From Gammaproteobacteria bacterium (GTDB taxonomy: Bacteria > Pseudomonadota > Gammaproteobacteria > JBCCGL01), in contig OZ255836.1 in assembly GCA_965277715.1 (NCBI GenBank), positions 3,328,001-3,392,000 on the forward strand: a DNA stretch of 64,000 nt. The letters are read 5' to 3'. The notes below the pieces were generated by a model. It did not search any database, was not told where the DNA came from, and saw only the letters and a program-made list of their open reading frames with translations. A program made the translations under genes and the position numbers. Within the stretch, counting starts at the first letter, position 1; each line of letters begins with the position of its first letter. Positions 60,994 through 64,000 of the stretch are shown here, piece after piece.

Positions 60994-61599
60994 ATGAATA
61001 GCGAAATCCAACGAATTTATGATTTTTGGTTTGGTGACATCGTGAGCAACCCCAGAGCGGAGAGCCGCCACGCGCTTTGGTATATGGGGGGCGAAGCCGT
61101 CGATACGGACATTCGCAATCAGTTCGAGGCATTGGTGCAACAGGCGCAGGCGGGGGAGCTGGCCGATTGGCAACAAACGGCGCAGGGGTCGACGGCACTT
61201 ATTATTCTGCTCGATCAGTTTCCGCTGAATATGTACCGGGGTGAGGCGCGTGCATTTGCTTCAGAACAACACAGCGTGGCGGTTTGCCTGAGTGGGATTG
61301 AAAATGGCCAGGATAGGGCGTTATCGTTTTATGAGAAGACGTTTTTCTACCTGCCACTGGAGCACTCAGAGGCCGCTCAACACCAGCAACTCAGTATTAA
61401 ATACTTCACGCAATTGCGCGATGAAGCACCACCAGCACACCGCCAGGCTGGCGAGGCCGCGCTGGAGTTTGCTATCAGCCACAAAGCGATTGTCGATCGC
61501 TTTGGTCGCTACCCCCACCGCAACAAGGCGTTGGGGCGGGTGTCGACAGCGGCAGAAATTGCCTGGCTTGAATCGGGGGGTGAGACTTATGGGCAATAA
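60994..61599 (+). CDS. DUF924 family protein
   Basis: FWFG, LLDQFP, YLPLEHSE, RFGRYPHRN. Confidence 0.9.
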   Translation: MNSEIQRIYDFWFGDIVSNPRAESRHALWYMGGEAVDTDIRNQFEALVQQAQAGELADWQQTAQGSTALIILLDQFPLNMYRGEARAFASEQHSVAVCLSGIENGQDRALSFYEKTFFYLPLEHSEAAQHQQLSIKYFTQLRDEAPPAHRQAGEAALEFAISHKAIVDRFGRYPHRNKALGRVSTAAEIAWLESGGETYGQ

Positions 61600-61621
61600 C
61601 GCGTTGATTATTGAGGTACGT

Positions 61622-62194
61622 TCAGGTCGACACTTCGCTATAGCGAAAACAATCGACCAAATGGTCATTGACCATGCCGGTTGCCTGCATAAAGGCATAA
61701 CAAATGGTGGGGCCGACAAATTTGAACCCCCGCTTTTTGAGTGATTTGCTCATCGCTTCAGATTGTGGCGTGCTGGCGGGCACATCACCGCTTGTTTGCC
61801 GGGCATTTTGAATAACCTGATTGTCGACAAATGACCATAGGTAGTCGCTGAATGATTCGCCTTTTTCCTGCATGTCGAGGTAGCACCTGGCGTTGGTGAT
61901 AAACGCGTTGACCTTCAGGCGGTTGCGGATAATGCCGGGGTCATTGAGTAACCGCTCGATCTTTTTATCACTGTAACGGGCGATTTTTTGGGGGTCAAAA
62001 TTATCGAAAGCTTTGCGGTAGTGCGCCCGCTTTTTCAAAATGGTGATCCAGCTTAATCCTGCCTGTGCACCTTCCAAATTGAGCATTTCAAACAGGTGTT
62101 GGTCATCGCGCTGGGGCGTGCCCCATTCATTGTCGTGGTAGTGTTGATAGATTTCGGAATCACCGCACCACCAACAGCGTATTTTATCGTTCAT
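61622..62194 (-). CDS. tag: DNA-3-methyladenine glycosylase I
   Basis: YHDNEWG, LEGAQAGLSW, GFKFVGPT, NDHLVDC. Confidence 0.95.
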   Translation of the reverse strand: MNDKIRCWWCGDSEIYQHYHDNEWGTPQRDDQHLFEMLNLEGAQAGLSWITILKKRAHYRKAFDNFDPQKIARYSDKKIERLLNDPGIIRNRLKVNAFITNARCYLDMQEKGESFSDYLWSFVDNQVIQNARQTSGDVPASTPQSEAMSKSLKKRGFKFVGPTICYAFMQATGMVNDHLVDCFRYSEVST

Positions 62195-62227
62195 CGTTTC
62201 CCCAATTTAAACAACCCGGCTTTTTAT

Positions 62228-63265
62228 CTACCGTCCCATCTCGCGGCTAAACGCCAGCATTCGCTCCAGCGGCATAACGGCACGCTGGCGAATGTTTTCT
62301 TCAATATGAATTTCGTTATCGCCCGATTCGAGCACATGGGTCAGTTTTTGCAAATCGTTCATCGCCATCCACGGGCAATGAGCGCAACTGCGACAGGTGG
62401 CCCCGTGCCCACCTGTGGGGGCGGCGACAAGTGTTTTATCGGGTGCGGCCTGTTGCATTTTGTAGAAAATCTGATTGTCCGTGGCGACGATAAAGGCATT
62501 GTGGGGCAGCTCGACGGCAGCGCGAATAAGCTGCGAGGTCGAGCCGACGGCATCGGCGGCATCGATCATTTCCGCCGGGGATTCCGGGTGGACCAACAAC
62601 CCGGCACCGGGGTACTGCTCGCGCAGCTTATCGATGCCAAATGTTTTGAACTCCTCGTGAACGATACAGGCGCCGTCCCACAGCAGCATATCTGCGCCCG
62701 TTTTGCGCTGGATATAGCTGCCGAGGTATTTATCCGGCGCCCACAGTACCTGTTCGCCCTGGGCATCCAGGTGTTCAATCACATCCACGGCAATACTGGA
62801 GGTCACCACCCAGTCGGCGCGGGCTTTTACAGCGGCGCTGGTATTGGCATAAACCACTACTGTGTGCTGTGGATGCTGGTCGCAAAATGCTGAAAAACGT
62901 TCGATTGGGCAGCCCAGATCAAGCGAGCAGGTGGCCTCTAAGGTTGGCATGAGTATGCGTTTGTCAGGGCTGAGAATTTTTGCTGTTTCACCCATAAAAC
63001 GCACGCCGGCGACAATCAGCGTAGTCGCCGGGTGTTCGCTGCCAAAGCGCGCCATCTCCAGAGAGTCGGCAACGCAGCCGCCGGTTTGCTCGGCGATCAT
63101 TTGCAGGTCGTTGTGTGTGTAATAATGCGCGATAAGGGCCGCGTTGTGTTGTTTCAACAGGCCTGTAATTTTATCGATCAGTTGGTCGCGTTCGCGCCTG
63201 GAGTAACTGTGTTGCGTACGCAACACCTCGGCGGTAATCGGGTAATTGGGGTGAGCAGTGGCCAT
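62228..63265 (-). CDS. nadA: Quinolinate synthase
   Basis: AHYY, GVRFMGE, ATCSL, YANTSA, CIVH, HPES, CPWM. Confidence 0.96.
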   Translation of the reverse strand: MATAHPNYPITAEVLRTQHSYSRRERDQLIDKITGLLKQHNAALIAHYYTHNDLQMIAEQTGGCVADSLEMARFGSEHPATTLIVAGVRFMGETAKILSPDKRILMPTLEATCSLDLGCPIERFSAFCDQHPQHTVVVYANTSAAVKARADWVVTSSIAVDVIEHLDAQGEQVLWAPDKYLGSYIQRKTGADMLLWDGACIVHEEFKTFGIDKLREQYPGAGLLVHPESPAEMIDAADAVGSTSQLIRAAVELPHNAFIVATDNQIFYKMQQAAPDKTLVAAPTGGHGATCRSCAHCPWMAMNDLQKLTHVLESGDNEIHIEENIRQRAVMPLERMLAFSREMGR

Positions 63266-63278
63266 AAGCAGATAGGGG

Positions 63279-64000
63279 CTATTGAGTATGGACGGGGAAT
63301 TCTAGCACAGCGCGATTTCCCTGTGCCTGTAACTGTGTGCCCCGTTCCAGCGAGAGCATTTGCAACCCGGCAATCGCCTGTTGGGCCTGTTCGCCCTGCA
63401 GTGGGGTGGGCTGAAATAATACACGCTGGTTGAATATGTCGATAGGTATCAGTTCCAGGCGTCGCAAATGATTATCGACAAATTTTACCTGGGCTATCGC
63501 ACCGCTCACGAAATCGCTGCTATAGCTGCCAAAGGTAAAGTTACCCAGGCTGTAGAGGATAACACCGTGTTTATAGCGCTCCACGGCTTGCAAAACATGT
63601 GGATGATGGCCGATGACCAGCGCCGCACCTGCATCGATGGCAGCCCGCCCCAGTAACGGCTGGTAGTCACGTAGCTCGGTAGTGCCCTCCCGGCCCCAGT
63701 GAAACGAGACCACGACAATATTGATGCCTTGTGCTTTTAGTGCCTGTACGTCGTCACGCACGTGTTCTTCATGGCCAAAGGCGGTGCCGGGTTTATCCTG
63801 CTCGGCCCAGAATTCGGGTGGAAAGGTGTTGGAGTAGGCGAGAAAACCGACCCGTTGGCCATCGATGGTGATAATCGCTGCACGGCGTGCCTCGGCCAGG
63901 GTATCCCCGGCCCCGATAGTCTTAATGTTCTGTGCGTTGAGTACCTGGCGCGTTTGTGTCAGGCCAGTGTAACCGTAATCGAGTGAGTGGTTATTGGCGA
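63279..64000 (-). CDS. CapA/PGA-synthesis family metallophosphatase (5' end outside window)
   Basis: ANNHSLDYG at window edge, [20 protein letters not shown]. Confidence 0.88.
   Translation of the reverse strand, partial: ANNHSLDYGYTGLTQTRQVLNAQNIKTIGAGDTLAEARRAAIITIDGQRVGFLAYSNTFPPEFWAEQDKPGTAFGHEEHVRDDVQALKAQGINIVVVSFHWGREGTTELRDYQPLLGRAAIDAGAALVIGHHPHVLQAVERYKHGVILYSLGNFTFGSYSSDFVSGAIAQVKFVDNHLRRLELIPIDIFNQRVLFQPTPLQGEQAQQAIAGLQMLSLERGTQLQAQGNRAVLEFPVHTQ

Noticed and set aside
1-64000. tRNA, rRNA or riboswitch genes
   Set aside because: None recognised by eye; a covariance-model scan would be needed to exclude them

Overview
Gammaproteobacterial chromosome segment. Housekeeping blocks (argF-argD; polar amino-acid ABC transporter, egtC-like, nadC, dxs, radC; coaBC-dut-algC, fabAB, tag, nadA) are interrupted by two AT-richer accessory regions. 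Region 1 (about 10.1-33.9 kb) is bounded by two oppositely oriented ends of the same IS4-family element with a 9-bp direct repeat (ATGTTTCAC), consistent with a relic composite transposon. It carries an integrase-less attC cassette array (secreted protein, DUF262+HEPN, TIR), an intact HUH/Y1 RAYT-like transposase, a duplicated GmrSD-like gene, decayed ccdAB and a type I R-M system. Region 2 (about 46.1-55.5 kb, between radC and coaBC) holds an AAA-ATPase gene, a truncated integron integrase with attI and a fragmented cassette array. The main signal is a RAYT-like element delimited by GGGGTCAGGC...GCCTGACCCC inverted repeats. This motif occurs about 20 times, sits at most duplication and truncation junctions I could map, bounds short non-coding derivatives, and is hit at a fixed 11-bp register by two IS4-family elements and a MITE. 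All calls are by eye; no database searches were run.
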